From NCBI GenBank assembly GCA_002309475.1, contig DBXJ01000034.1, forward strand, positions 5,741 through 69,740: a DNA stretch of 64,000 nt, read 5' to 3'. Under the pieces are notes generated by a model that had not been told where the DNA came from, made no database searches, and saw only the letters and a program-made list of their open reading frames with translations. Source of the stretch: Bacteroidales bacterium UBA1215 (lineage in GTDB: Bacteria > Bacteroidota > Bacteroidia > Bacteroidales > WCHB1-69). Of this stretch, positions 9,293 through 19,026 are shown piece by piece (position 1 is the stretch's first letter; each line of letters opens with the position of its first letter). The translations under genes and the position numbers were made by a program.

Positions 9293-10147
9293 TTAGTAGT
9301 CGCCTAAAGTTTCGGGTATTTGAGACAATGCCGATGCCAATTGCTCATCGTTGGGAGCAGAGCCATGCCATTTGTTGTTGCCGCACATAAAGTCAACGCC
9401 ATAACCCATTTCGGTATGCATCAAAAAAGCAACCGGTTTCTTTTGGGCTGTAGCCTTGCGTGCTTTTTCCAAATTGTCCAGCAATTGTGTCATATCGTTG
9501 CCTTCTCCTACTATCACTTCCCAGCCAAAAGATTCGAATTTTGCCTTTAAATCCAACATTGACATGACATCTTCCACATTGCCGTCTATTTGCTTGTGAT
9601 TGTAGTCCACAGTGAGGATGATATTGTCAACACCTTTTGAGCCGGCATACATCAATGCTTCCCAAACTTGTCCTTCTTCCAATTCTCCGTCACCGGTAAG
9701 AACATATACCAAAGACGGATCGTTATTCATTTTCTTCACTTCTGCCACTCCAAGTGCAATAGAAGGTCCTTGACCAAGCGAGCCTGAAGCCATTCTTACT
9801 CCCGGCAAACCATGGGCATTGGAGGGGTGACCTTGCAGCCTTGTATGCAATTTTCTAAATGTTGCCAACTCTGCCACATCGAAATATCCTCTACGTGCCA
9901 GCACAGAATACAAGCAAGGAGAAATATGCCCGTTGGATAAGAAAAACATATCTTCTCCCGTGCCTTCACGAGTAAAATTCTTCGGGTCGATATTCATTAC
10001 TTCAAAATACAATGCCACCATAAAATCCGCACATCCCAAAGAACCGCCCGGATGCCCCGATTGTACTGCATGAACCATTCTCAATGCATCTCTTCTGACT
10101 TGTGATGCAATTTTTTCTAATTCTACTACTTTATCCTTGTTTGTCAT
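9293..10147 (-). CDS. transketolase, N-terminal (TPP-binding) subunit
   Basis: GHPGGSLG, GDGELEEG and HK..DG motifs. At 284 aa it is only the N-terminal half of a transketolase. Confidence 0.9.
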   Translation of the reverse strand: MTNKDKVVELEKIASQVRRDALRMVHAVQSGHPGGSLGCADFMVALYFEVMNIDPKNFTREGTGEDMFFLSNGHISPCLYSVLARRGYFDVAELATFRKLHTRLQGHPSNAHGLPGVRMASGSLGQGPSIALGVAEVKKMNNDPSLVYVLTGDGELEEGQVWEALMYAGSKGVDNIILTVDYNHKQIDGNVEDVMSMLDLKAKFESFGWEVIVGEGNDMTQLLDNLEKARKATAQKKPVAFLMHTEMGYGVDFMCGNNKWHGSAPNDEQLASALSQIPETLGDY

Positions 10148-10166
10148 AAAAAATCAATTTAATCTG

Positions 10167-10174
10167 CAAAGATA
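10167..10174 (-). promoter_or_regulatory. -7 promoter box for the transketolase-subunit gene
   Basis: caaagata is the revcomp of TATCTTTG, 19 nt upstream of the ATG at 10147. Confidence 0.5.
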
Positions 10175-10221
10175 GTAAAAAGTTGCAAGATAAATGATAA
10201 AAATCTATTTTTTTTATTGGA

Positions 10222-10890
10222 TTATTTCTTTGCTCGCAAAATTTCTCTTTTACCTGCCGGACCCGGCAATTTTTCTATAGTAAAACCTGCTGTCCTGAGA
10301 GCCCGCTTTACTATTCCTTTGGTTGAATAAGTAAGCAATATGCTATTGTTTGTCATAGATTGATATAGTTGTAAAAAGACTTCCTCTGACCACAATTCGG
10401 GTTGCATATCGGGAGAAAAAGCATCAAAATAGACCAAATTGTAGCCATTCCGTGAAAGGCTTACATCCAACAATGATGTATTTAGTTTCAAGATAGAAAA
10501 TTGAGGAGTGACTGCCACCTCTTTGTCGAATGGGGCTTGATGTAACAAGGAAAAAAAATCCTGTACGCTTTCATATTCAGACAATTGTTGTACATAATTC
10601 AAACTTTGAATCTCAGCTTGCTCCAAGGGATATTTTTCAACAGCAGTATAGTAAATTTTTCTGTCATTTTGATGCAACATAGTCAGCAAGGCATTTAAAC
10701 CAGTGCCAAAGCCCATTTCAAAAATATGTAATTCCTGCCTGTCGGACAATATATCGGCATTTAAACCGTGATGAATAAAAATATGTTCTGATTCCTGAAT
10801 GGCACCATGTATAGAATGATAGCACTGATTGAACTGCGGCACAAACAAACTGGAAGAGCCGTCTTGGGTAAGTACGACTTTTCTTTCCAT
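10222..10890 (-). CDS. tRNA U34 5-methylaminomethyl-2-thiouridine methyltransferase (MnmD/MnmC methyltransferase-domain type)
   Basis: SAM-binding FEMGFGTGLN plus YFDAFSPDMQPELWSEEVF, characteristic of the MnmC C-terminal-domain/MnmD family. Confidence 0.75.
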   Translation of the reverse strand: MERKVVLTQDGSSSLFVPQFNQCYHSIHGAIQESEHIFIHHGLNADILSDRQELHIFEMGFGTGLNALLTMLHQNDRKIYYTAVEKYPLEQAEIQSLNYVQQLSEYESVQDFFSLLHQAPFDKEVAVTPQFSILKLNTSLLDVSLSRNGYNLVYFDAFSPDMQPELWSEEVFLQLYQSMTNNSILLTYSTKGIVKRALRTAGFTIEKLPGPAGKREILRAKK

Positions 10891-11381
10891 TAAAGATTTT
10901 TTATCTTATTAATTATGTTGGTAGTGGAGCAACCTTCTACGAAGTCTATGGTCATTACTTTTCCGCCTTTTTTGGTGACAATGTCGTAACCGACAATGTT
11001 TTCTACTTGATAGTCTGCCCCTTTGACAAGTATATCGGGCTGTATTTTTTCTATCAGTTGATAAGGGGTGTCTTCGTCAAAAAAAATCACGGCATCTACA
11101 AAAGCGAAAGCTGCCAAAAGTTGTGCCCGGGATTGCTGATCTATAATCGGACGCGAATTTCCTTTCAATCTTTTCACAGAAGCATCTGTATTCAAACCTA
11201 TTATCAATTTGTCTCCAAAAGCAGCCGCCTTCATCAAATAATCCACATGACCGCGGTGAATGATGTCAAAACAACCATTGGTAAAGACAATTTTTTGATG
11301 TTCTGCCTTCCACTTCGGCAACAAAGCACATGATTCTGCAGTAAAAGCGATTTTTTCGTACAATTTTGATTGATAATCCAT
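10890..11381 (-). CDS. cytidylyl/adenylyltransferase family protein (RfaE domain II-like heptose-1-phosphate adenylyltransferase)
   Basis: FTNGCFDIIHRGHVDYL (HxGH nucleotidyltransferase motif); 163 aa. The TAATG stop/start overlap with the downstream gene indicates translational coupling. Confidence 0.75.
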   Translation of the reverse strand: MDYQSKLYEKIAFTAESCALLPKWKAEHQKIVFTNGCFDIIHRGHVDYLMKAAAFGDKLIIGLNTDASVKRLKGNSRPIIDQQSRAQLLAAFAFVDAVIFFDEDTPYQLIEKIQPDILVKGADYQVENIVGYDIVTKKGGKVMTIDFVEGCSTTNIINKIKNL

Positions 11382-11387
11382 GAAATT

Positions 11388-12434
11388 TTAATTTTGATGA
11401 TTTTCCACTGTTTCGGTTCGGGTGGTTTCATGAGTAAAAGAAATAACTACCAAGGATAACAATCCCATCATAAGATACATGGCTGATTCTACTGCCCATA
11501 TCACCCAACCAACTGCCAAACCGACTTCAGCACCCATACCATACAATGCCAACACCATTGACACCAACAAAGGATATGCTCCCAAACCGCCTTGTGCGAC
11601 TATAAAACCGAGCGTTCCTATTACCACACAAGACAGTGATGCCAATGCCACCCTTACTCCCAGTGTGCTTACCAATTCAGGAAAAGCAAATGTAGCTACA
11701 AAAAACATAAAATAATAGCATACCCAAATGCTTAGCGAATATACAATAAAACGAACAGGATGCTTGGTATTTTTTATCGAAATCAATCCTTCCCAAAATC
11801 CTAATAAAACTTGTTTTATTTTTTGTACTATCTTAAATTGTAATATCCACTTTCTAAAAATATATATCAACACGATTATCAATATCAAACCGGCTATGAC
11901 AATATATTTGGTGACACCGGAAAGCATATTAACAATATTGTCTGCGACATGATTTTCAACAAAGATAGTCGTCAATCGGTCGGATTCCAAAATAAAGGCT
12001 GCAACGAAAACCAATCCACAGATAAGCACATCCAAAACCCGTTCGGTGACTACCGTTCCGAATGACTTTTGGAAGGGTACATGCTCGTATTTTTGCAATA
12101 TGGTGCATCGCAAAATTTCTCCCAAACGCGGAATGGCAAGGTTGGCCAAATAGCCGATCATTACAGAATGATAGGCCATAGTGGATTTTACATGATAGTT
12201 CATCGGCTCCAACATGATTACAGAACGTCTGCCACGAAGCCAAACACTCAAAATCCCTATCAATGCACACAAAACAAGAAAAATCCAACCATTACCACTG
12301 AAAGCATTTCTTGCATTTATCCACAATTGTGAACGATCTTCAGGTGTTAAATCTTTGAGTGACAACCACACAAAAAAGAATCCCAAAGCAAGAAATATAA
12401 TCAGTTTGACAATATCTTTTAAATACTTTTTCAT
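11388..12434 (-). CDS. flippase-like / lysylphosphatidylglycerol-synthase-TM-domain (UPF0104) membrane protein
   Basis: Polytopic membrane protein. Start moved from 12482 to the ATG at 12434 (MKKYLKDIV) because a -7 promoter box lies inside the longer ORF. Confidence 0.7.
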   Translation of the reverse strand: MKKYLKDIVKLIIFLALGFFFVWLSLKDLTPEDRSQLWINARNAFSGNGWIFLVLCALIGILSVWLRGRRSVIMLEPMNYHVKSTMAYHSVMIGYLANLAIPRLGEILRCTILQKYEHVPFQKSFGTVVTERVLDVLICGLVFVAAFILESDRLTTIFVENHVADNIVNMLSGVTKYIVIAGLILIIVLIYIFRKWILQFKIVQKIKQVLLGFWEGLISIKNTKHPVRFIVYSLSIWVCYYFMFFVATFAFPELVSTLGVRVALASLSCVVIGTLGFIVAQGGLGAYPLLVSMVLALYGMGAEVGLAVGWVIWAVESAMYLMMGLLSLVVISFTHETTRTETVENHQN

Positions 12435-12450
12435 TCTTGACAATAAAATG

Positions 12451-12458
12451 CAAAGATA
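12451..12458 (-). promoter_or_regulatory. -7 promoter box for the UPF0104 membrane protein operon
   Basis: caaagata is the revcomp of TATCTTTG, 16 nt upstream of the ATG at 12434. It explains the YLC in the ORF-track extension. Confidence 0.5.
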
Positions 12459-12531
12459 GCACTTTTTACTGACATTTTCCATTTTTGCAAGCGGTCAACT
12501 TTTTCTTCGCTTTTTTATCGGTTAAAAATGC

Positions 12532-12539
12532 TATCTTTG
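12532..12539 (+). promoter_or_regulatory. -7 promoter box, divergent, for the 12597 operon
   Basis: TATCTTTG lies in the 12483..12596 divergent intergenic region. Confidence 0.45.
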
Positions 12540-12596
12540 CACATGTTGATTTTCGGCGGGAAAATTACGTAAAATACTGTCAATAAACAATTTAAT

Positions 12597-13613
12597 TTGA
12601 AAAATATAAAAGAATTTTTTACATATTGTTTCAAAAAAACCGGGAAATCAATTTGGAATTTACTCAAATTGATGATTCCTGTTTCTATTATTATTCATTG
12701 CATTCAGTTAGCAGGCATATTACCCTATTTAAGCAATATCCTATCACCGATTATGAAAGTGGTGAATTTGCCCGTTGAAACGGCATTAGTCTGGGTGACA
12801 GCCATGGTGGTGAATATTTACGGAGGATTGTTATCGTTGTTTTCTATTTATTCCTCTTTGGCAGAGCCGCTTACCGTGGCACAAATGACAACTTTGCTAA
12901 CAATGATTCTTATTGCTCATACATTTCCGATTGAATTAGGCATTGCCAACAAAACCGGCATAAAAGTCTGGGTGATGTTTCTGATTCGTTTTGGGTGCGG
13001 AATTATTGCAGGCATATTTTTAGCTTGGTTTTACAAGGCTACCAACTGGTGCCAAACGCCTGTAACTATTGCCAATACCTTTAGTGCCGACACGCCAACT
13101 TGGAGCAGTTGGGCACTTCACGAATTGAAAAATTACGGCATGATTGCCTGCATTATTTTTACTTTGGTAACAATCATTCACCTATTGGAAGTTACCGGTG
13201 CCATCAACTGGCTCAACAAGTTGATTTTACCGGCCTTGCAATGGTTAGGAATTAGCAGCACCATGCTCCCGCTCACAGTGGCAGGACTTTCACTCGGCAT
13301 TGCCTATGGCGGTGGATTGATTATAGAAGAAGGCAAACGTCCGGATGTAAAAGCAAAAGATATTTTTTATGCCATGACACTCATGGGAGTGTTCCACTCC
13401 ATTTTTGAAGACACTATTTTAATGCTTTCTATGGGTGGACATTGGTCAGGAATTATTGTCTTTAGAATGCTGTTCGCTTTTTTGGTCACCTACATCATCA
13501 TGCGATGGTGCAACTCGCAAAACGATGAAACATTCGACCGGAGAGTGATGACGAAAAGTTATAGAAAACACAAACAAACTATTTTAACACAACAAATCAA
13601 TAAAAATAATTGA
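12597..13613 (+). CDS. nucleoside-recognition (Gate) domain membrane protein
   Basis: Polytopic membrane protein with two Gate-like hydrophobic halves. The TTG start from the ORF track is uncertain; the first in-frame ATG is at MIPVS, 25 codons downstream. Confidence 0.6.
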   Translation: MKNIKEFFTYCFKKTGKSIWNLLKLMIPVSIIIHCIQLAGILPYLSNILSPIMKVVNLPVETALVWVTAMVVNIYGGLLSLFSIYSSLAEPLTVAQMTTLLTMILIAHTFPIELGIANKTGIKVWVMFLIRFGCGIIAGIFLAWFYKATNWCQTPVTIANTFSADTPTWSSWALHELKNYGMIACIIFTLVTIIHLLEVTGAINWLNKLILPALQWLGISSTMLPLTVAGLSLGIAYGGGLIIEEGKRPDVKAKDIFYAMTLMGVFHSIFEDTILMLSMGGHWSGIIVFRMLFAFLVTYIIMRWCNSQNDETFDRRVMTKSYRKHKQTILTQQINKNN

Positions 13614-13615
13614 CA

Positions 13616-14344
13616 ATGAAAGCAATGATATTGGCAGCCGGATTGGGTTCACGACTCAAAGAAATGACACAACACTGCCCGAAGGCATTGGTAGAAGCAG
13701 GTGGAATTACATTGTTGGAACGCTGCATTGAAAAACTGAAAAGCTATCAAGTGAATGATTTTGTTATCAACATACACCACTTTGGAGAACAAATTATACA
13801 ATTTGTAGAACAAAAACACTATTTTAATGTCAACATACAATTTTCTGACGAAAGGACATTGTTGCTGGACACAGGTGGCGGCATTAAACACGCAAGAAAA
13901 TTCTTAGACAACGGAGAACCATTTATTGTCCACAATGTAGATATTATCAGTGACTTGGATATTAGAAAAATGTATGATTTTCATTGTCAACAGCAGGCTT
14001 TGGCAACTTTGGCGGTAAGAGAACGAATTACCCAACGTTTTTTCCTATTTGACAGCAACAATCAACTATGTGGCAAAGTCAATTTGAATACCAACGAAAG
14101 ATTGATAGTGAAAAACAAGGAAGATAAAAATCTAAAACCATTGGCATTTAGTGGCATACATATTATTTCTCCAAAGATATTCTCACTATTTCCGACAGAA
14201 GAAAAGTTTTCCATCACTGCCTTTTATGAACAGATTGCGGAAAAAGAAAAAATCCTCGCCTACCAACATCAAGAAGGAATGTGGATGGATATGGGGAAAA
14301 TTGAAGATTTCCAAAAATTAGAACAAATGATAAAAAAGCAATAA
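13616..14344 (+). CDS. sugar-1-phosphate nucleotidyltransferase family protein (MurU-like)
   Basis: MKAMILAAGLGSRL N-terminal NTP-transferase motif. The ATG at 13616 is preferred over the TTG at 13610. Confidence 0.8.
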   Translation: MKAMILAAGLGSRLKEMTQHCPKALVEAGGITLLERCIEKLKSYQVNDFVINIHHFGEQIIQFVEQKHYFNVNIQFSDERTLLLDTGGGIKHARKFLDNGEPFIVHNVDIISDLDIRKMYDFHCQQQALATLAVRERITQRFFLFDSNNQLCGKVNLNTNERLIVKNKEDKNLKPLAFSGIHIISPKIFSLFPTEEKFSITAFYEQIAEKEKILAYQHQEGMWMDMGKIEDFQKLEQMIKKQ

Positions 14345-14399
14345 AACCAATTATCATAATTTAATCTATTACAAACTATAAATGAAAAAACATTTTTAG

Positions 14400-14407
14400 T
14401 ACTTTTG
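14400..14407 (+). promoter_or_regulatory. -7 promoter box for miaB
   Basis: TACTTTTG lies 21 nt upstream of the ATG at 14429. Confidence 0.5.
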
Positions 14408-14428
14408 CAAAAATAATATTCACGCCAA

Positions 14429-15727
14429 ATGGGGAAAGGAAAATTATATATAGAAACCTACGGATGCCAAATGAATTTTGCTGACAGTGAGGTTGTTGCG
14501 GCAATTCTATCACCGGAATACGACATAGTGGACAATGTAAAAGATGCCGATGTAATATTGGTGAATACTTGCTCGATTCGTGACAATGCAGAGCAAAGAG
14601 TCTTCAACCGCTTGAATGAATTGACGAATTTGAAAAATAAGAAAAAACATTTGCAAATCGGCATATTAGGATGTATGGCGGAGCGATTGAAAGACGACCT
14701 TTTTCAAAAATCGAACGTAGATTTGATTGTCGGTCCGGATGCATACCGCATGTTGCCTGAAATATTGAAAAGTGAAATTTCTCCTATAGATGTTCAACTT
14801 TCCCAAACGGAAACCTACAAAGAAATTATTCCGTTTAAATACGAAGGCAATGGTGTATCTGCCTTTGTCTCCATTATGCGTGGCTGCAATAATTTTTGTT
14901 CCTACTGCGTAGTACCTTATACCCGCGGACGTGAAAGAAGTCGTGAAATAGACAGCATCCTCAATGAAATTCAACATTTGGTCAACGATGGCTACAAAGA
15001 AGTAACTTTGTTGGGACAAAATGTCAATTCCTACCACTTTGAAGATTATAATTTTGCCACATTGATGCAAATAGTTGCAGAAAAATTTTCCACTACAAGA
15101 ATTCGTTTTGCCACTTCACACCCCAAAGATTTGTCAGACGAATTGTTAGAGGTGATGGCCAAATACAACAACATTTGCAAAAGCATTCACTTGCCGGCAC
15201 AATCCGGCAGTACAGCCATGTTGAAACGGATGAATAGAAAATATTCACGGGAAGACTACCTTAACCGTATTGCCAGCATAAAAAAACACCTACCCGATTG
15301 TGCTATCAGCACCGATTTGATAGCCGGTTTTTGCGATGAAACCGAGGAGGAATACCAAGCCACACTCTCTTTGATGAAAGAAGTCGGCTTTGATTTTGCC
15401 TACATGTTTAAATATTCCATGCGAGAAGGAACTGCCGCCCACAAACACATGCAAGACAATATTCCGGAAGAAATCAAAATAAAACGTTTGGAAGAAATTA
15501 TTGCCTTGCAACAAGAATTGTCACACATCAGCAACAAAAAAGATGTTGGCAAAAGCATGGAAGTTTTGGTAGAAGGACCTTCTAAACGCAATAAAAATCA
15601 ATATTTCGGTCGTAACAGCCAAAACAAGGTGGTGATATTTGACAAAGGCAATTGCCAGAAAGGCGATTTTGTGATGGTAAAAATTACTGCCTGCACCGCT
15701 GCCACCCTCTTGGGAGAATTGTTATAA
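14429..15727 (+). CDS. miaB: tRNA-i6A37 methylthiotransferase MiaB
   Basis: N-terminal MTTase domain (YIETYGCQMN), radical-SAM CNNFCSYC and a C-terminal TRAM-like domain. Confidence 0.9.
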   Translation: MGKGKLYIETYGCQMNFADSEVVAAILSPEYDIVDNVKDADVILVNTCSIRDNAEQRVFNRLNELTNLKNKKKHLQIGILGCMAERLKDDLFQKSNVDLIVGPDAYRMLPEILKSEISPIDVQLSQTETYKEIIPFKYEGNGVSAFVSIMRGCNNFCSYCVVPYTRGRERSREIDSILNEIQHLVNDGYKEVTLLGQNVNSYHFEDYNFATLMQIVAEKFSTTRIRFATSHPKDLSDELLEVMAKYNNICKSIHLPAQSGSTAMLKRMNRKYSREDYLNRIASIKKHLPDCAISTDLIAGFCDETEEEYQATLSLMKEVGFDFAYMFKYSMREGTAAHKHMQDNIPEEIKIKRLEEIIALQQELSHISNKKDVGKSMEVLVEGPSKRNKNQYFGRNSQNKVVIFDKGNCQKGDFVMVKITACTAATLLGELL

Positions 15728-16945
15728 TTATTTCAATGCCACCGCATTGGTAACTTTTACTTTCTTGGCGACTAAATAAGCCGGCAGGACTAAAAACATG
15801 AAACTGACTACCAATATTCCTACATTGATCAACAACAAGTGCAGCCATTGTACATCTATTGGCACACAAGAAACATAATAATTTTCCGGATCCAACTTAA
15901 TGATAGAAAATTGTTGTTGCATAAAACAAATCAACAATCCTACACAATCGCCTATCACCATGCCCCGTAATAAAACTTTGGCGGAAATCCATAGAAATAT
16001 CTGACTTATCTGTACATTGGTGCAACCGATTGTCTTCAAAATGCCTATTGTAGGAATGTGTTCTATGGTGAAAGTTAATTGTGTGGAAATCAATGTAACT
16101 GCGGTAATAATCAATATTAACACTACCAACACCACCACATTTTGCCTTACCAAATCTATCCAGTCGAAAATTTCTTGATTTTTCTCTTTCACACTTACGG
16201 CTTCCATATCGTAATCCACTTCTTGATTGACAGCATTGGTAGTTTCGTCCAACTTGGAGAAATTGTCAATAAACACCTCCAATGCATCCACTCTGTCTGC
16301 TGCCCAACCATTGATTTTCACTAACTGCCGTATATCGCAAATAATATAAGTTTTGTCGTAAATAGCTAAACCTGTGTTGTAAATTCCTGACACGGTAAAT
16401 TTTCGCATGCGGACTGTATTTTGCACAAAATACACATTGACAGCATCCCCTAACCGCAAACCCGTCTTTTTAGAGAAAGTTTCTGAAATTAAAATTTGGT
16501 TGCTTACTTGGGCGGTATCAAACTGCAAGCAGGCACCTTCAACCATATATTGAGCAAAAAATGTGGTATCATAATCATTGCCCACACCTCTAAAAACGGC
16601 TCCTTCGATATGTTCTTCGCCTTTTACAATACCTGCTTTGTCAATAATTGCCTGCACGTGACTTACATGGTCAACGGCAAGAATAGCATTTCTTAATCGG
16701 GCTTCATCCACTATCGGGGTTCGCTGATAAGAATCGTTGCTTTCGTAATGATGCACCTCTATATGACCACCCAAACCAATCACTTTGTTTTGGATTTCGT
16801 TTTGAAATCCCGTCATGATGGCAAAAGTAAGTATCAACACCACCATACACAATGCCACGCCTAATATTGCCAAACGAATGGTAGAATAAGATTTACCTTT
16901 CTGTGTTTGACTATAAAGTTTAGCTGCTATTTGGTGACTATTCAC
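15728..16945 (-). CDS. FtsX/LolE-like ABC transporter permease
   Basis: TM1, a large periplasmic domain, then three C-terminal TM helices (FtsX fold); 405 aa. Confidence 0.8.
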   Translation of the reverse strand: MNSHQIAAKLYSQTQKGKSYSTIRLAILGVALCMVVLILTFAIMTGFQNEIQNKVIGLGGHIEVHHYESNDSYQRTPIVDEARLRNAILAVDHVSHVQAIIDKAGIVKGEEHIEGAVFRGVGNDYDTTFFAQYMVEGACLQFDTAQVSNQILISETFSKKTGLRLGDAVNVYFVQNTVRMRKFTVSGIYNTGLAIYDKTYIICDIRQLVKINGWAADRVDALEVFIDNFSKLDETTNAVNQEVDYDMEAVSVKEKNQEIFDWIDLVRQNVVVLVVLILIITAVTLISTQLTFTIEHIPTIGILKTIGCTNVQISQIFLWISAKVLLRGMVIGDCVGLLICFMQQQFSIIKLDPENYYVSCVPIDVQWLHLLLINVGILVVSFMFLVLPAYLVAKKVKVTNAVALK

Positions 16946-16951
16946 TGATAT

Positions 16952-17566
16952 TTATTTTAAAAAATATGTAAATCCTGCTTTTACAACAAAACTATCCAAA
17001 ATATTGTCAGGATATTTTTTATCACTAAGATTGTAAAATAGCAACAAATAAATTGCCACTCTGCCTGCCCTTTGATAATAGCCTCCTCCCAACAAAATAT
17101 TGTGGGAATTGGTTCTAACTGCGTTATATCGATTGTTGGATATGGTGTACAAATCATAATTCAGCCATTGATATTCTACATGTAAGGCTAAATAATTGAA
17201 AAAATGCGGTTCCACAAACACTCTTGCACCAAATACATGTGAAAAATCTTTAAAACCGGTGGTATTCATATATGTCAGCATATAAGTACCTCCGGCACCT
17301 ACACACACCCATTTGTTGAAGTGGTAAGTAACATCCGGCGACAATTCCACATGAAAATAGGAGCCGAACTGCAATCCTGCAGTTCCTCCCACTCCAATTT
17401 TTGACAAAATAGCATTCTTCTTTTCTACTTGTTCTATATGTTGTTGCACAGCATCATCATTAGATTGATAATGATAGTTGACATCATTATCTTCTTGTTG
17501 TGCCAAACTTATTTTCGGACACAAGAACAATCCCGACAACAACAAAAAACAGAGATATTTTTTCAT
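16952..17566 (-). CDS. outer-membrane beta-barrel (porin-family-like) protein
   Basis: Signal peptide MKKYLCFLLLSGLFLCPKISLAQ (start moved to the ATG at 17566), alternating-hydrophobicity strands and a C-terminal aromatic residue (..GFTYFLK). Confidence 0.55.
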   Translation of the reverse strand: MKKYLCFLLLSGLFLCPKISLAQQEDNDVNYHYQSNDDAVQQHIEQVEKKNAILSKIGVGGTAGLQFGSYFHVELSPDVTYHFNKWVCVGAGGTYMLTYMNTTGFKDFSHVFGARVFVEPHFFNYLALHVEYQWLNYDLYTISNNRYNAVRTNSHNILLGGGYYQRAGRVAIYLLLFYNLSDKKYPDNILDSFVVKAGFTYFLK

Positions 17567-17611
17567 ATATAAAACAATGTGAGCATTATCAACAACGCTC
17601 ACATTTCATTT

Positions 17612-18811
17612 TTATTGCTCTACAGGGAGAGGTTGGTCAATTTGTTCATTCCATGGCAAACCATACTGATTCAATTTTTCCATGAACGGGTCCGGATCGA
17701 ATTCTTCCACATTTTTCACGCCTATGCCGCCCCATTTGCCGGTTAGAACCATCATGGCACCTATCATTGCCGGTACACCTGTGGTATAAGAAACGGCTTG
17801 AGCACCACATTCTTTGTAAACTTCTGCATGATTGCAGTTGTTCCAAACATAGTAGGTACGGTCTTTACCGTCTTTGATACCTCTTATCTGGCAACCGATA
17901 GAAGTTTCACCTTTGTAACCTTCACCCAAGGATGCCGGCTCCGGCAAAACTGCTTTCAAAAATTGCAATGGCACTATTTCTTTTCCTTCATAAACAATTG
18001 GTTGTATGCTGGTCATACCCACCTCTTGCAAGACATTCAAAACGGTGATATATTTTTGTCCGAACGTCATCCAAAAACGAGCTCTTTTGATGGTTGGAAA
18101 ATTCTTAGTCAAAGATTCCAATTCCTCATGATACAAAAGATAAGATTCTCTTTCACCGATATTCGGATAGGAAATTGGCTTATGAATTTCCATAGGTTCG
18201 GTAGATATCCACTTGCCGTCTTGATAGTAGCGGCCATTTTGGGTAATTTCTCTGATATTGATTTCAGGATTGAAATTGGTAGCGAATGCTTTTCCGTGGT
18301 CACCTGCATTGCAATCCACAATATCCAAATAGTGCATTTGGTCAAAATAATGTTTGTTGGCATAAGCTGTATAAACACCTGAAACACCCGGATCGAATCC
18401 ACAACCCAATACTGCCAAAATGCCTGCATCTTGGAATCTTTTTTGGAAAGCCCACTGCCAGCTATATTCAAAATGAGCTTCATCTCTTGGCTCATAATTG
18501 GCAGTATCCAAATAGTTGGTTTTGGTACGCAAACAGGCCTCCATCAAAGTTAAATCCTGATACGGCAAAGCCACATTGATCAATAAATCAGGTTTAAATT
18601 GATTGATAAGATCAACAGTTTGTTCTACATTATCGGCATCCACTTGTGCTGTTTTTATACGATTGCCACCGATACGTTGGGCTATTTTGTCGCATTTGGA
18701 TTTTGTACGACTTGCCAACATAATTTCTTCAAAAACTTCCGGTACAGATGCACATTTATGTGCCACTACTGCACCTACTCCACCTGCACCTATAATTAAA
18801 ACTCTTCCCAT
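17612..18811 (-). CDS. saccharopine dehydrogenase family protein, carboxy(nor)spermidine dehydrogenase type
   Basis: Rossmann motif MGRVLIIGAGGVGAVVAHK. The 399-aa length and sequence layout are typical of Bacteroidota carboxyspermidine dehydrogenase. Confidence 0.8.
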   Translation of the reverse strand: MGRVLIIGAGGVGAVVAHKCASVPEVFEEIMLASRTKSKCDKIAQRIGGNRIKTAQVDADNVEQTVDLINQFKPDLLINVALPYQDLTLMEACLRTKTNYLDTANYEPRDEAHFEYSWQWAFQKRFQDAGILAVLGCGFDPGVSGVYTAYANKHYFDQMHYLDIVDCNAGDHGKAFATNFNPEINIREITQNGRYYQDGKWISTEPMEIHKPISYPNIGERESYLLYHEELESLTKNFPTIKRARFWMTFGQKYITVLNVLQEVGMTSIQPIVYEGKEIVPLQFLKAVLPEPASLGEGYKGETSIGCQIRGIKDGKDRTYYVWNNCNHAEVYKECGAQAVSYTTGVPAMIGAMMVLTGKWGGIGVKNVEEFDPDPFMEKLNQYGLPWNEQIDQPLPVEQ

Positions 18812-19026
18812 ATTTATTTTTTTTGTATATTTGCTGCAAAATTATACTTTTTCATGGAAAAAATTTCAGTCAAAGATAATTTCTATAAAAAACTTGTATT
18901 CAATGGTTTATAAGTTGTATTTTTTATTTTATACCTGTTAAAGAGAAAAATTTTTAACAAAAAAATACGAAAAATACTTACAAAAATGCCATTTTATCTA
19001 CAAAATTGAATTAAAAAGAGACATAC

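Noticed and set aside
15725-15730. Convergent genes abutting or overlapping at their stops with no room for terminators: miaB/lolE-like at 15727/15728, rhomboid/porin at 45240..45243, MFS/rlmD at 60932..60937.
   Set aside because: This is common in compact genomes. It is noted as organisation, not as a feature or anomaly needing explanation.
17798-18382. Long antisense ORFs inside well-supported genes: 17798..18382 (194 aa), 6109..6588, 22771..23247, 37327..37752, 14666..15070, 3249..3653.
   Set aside because: Each is fully nested opposite a gene with strong family motifs. Their translations are low-complexity or Cys/His/Phe-rich, typical of shadow frames.
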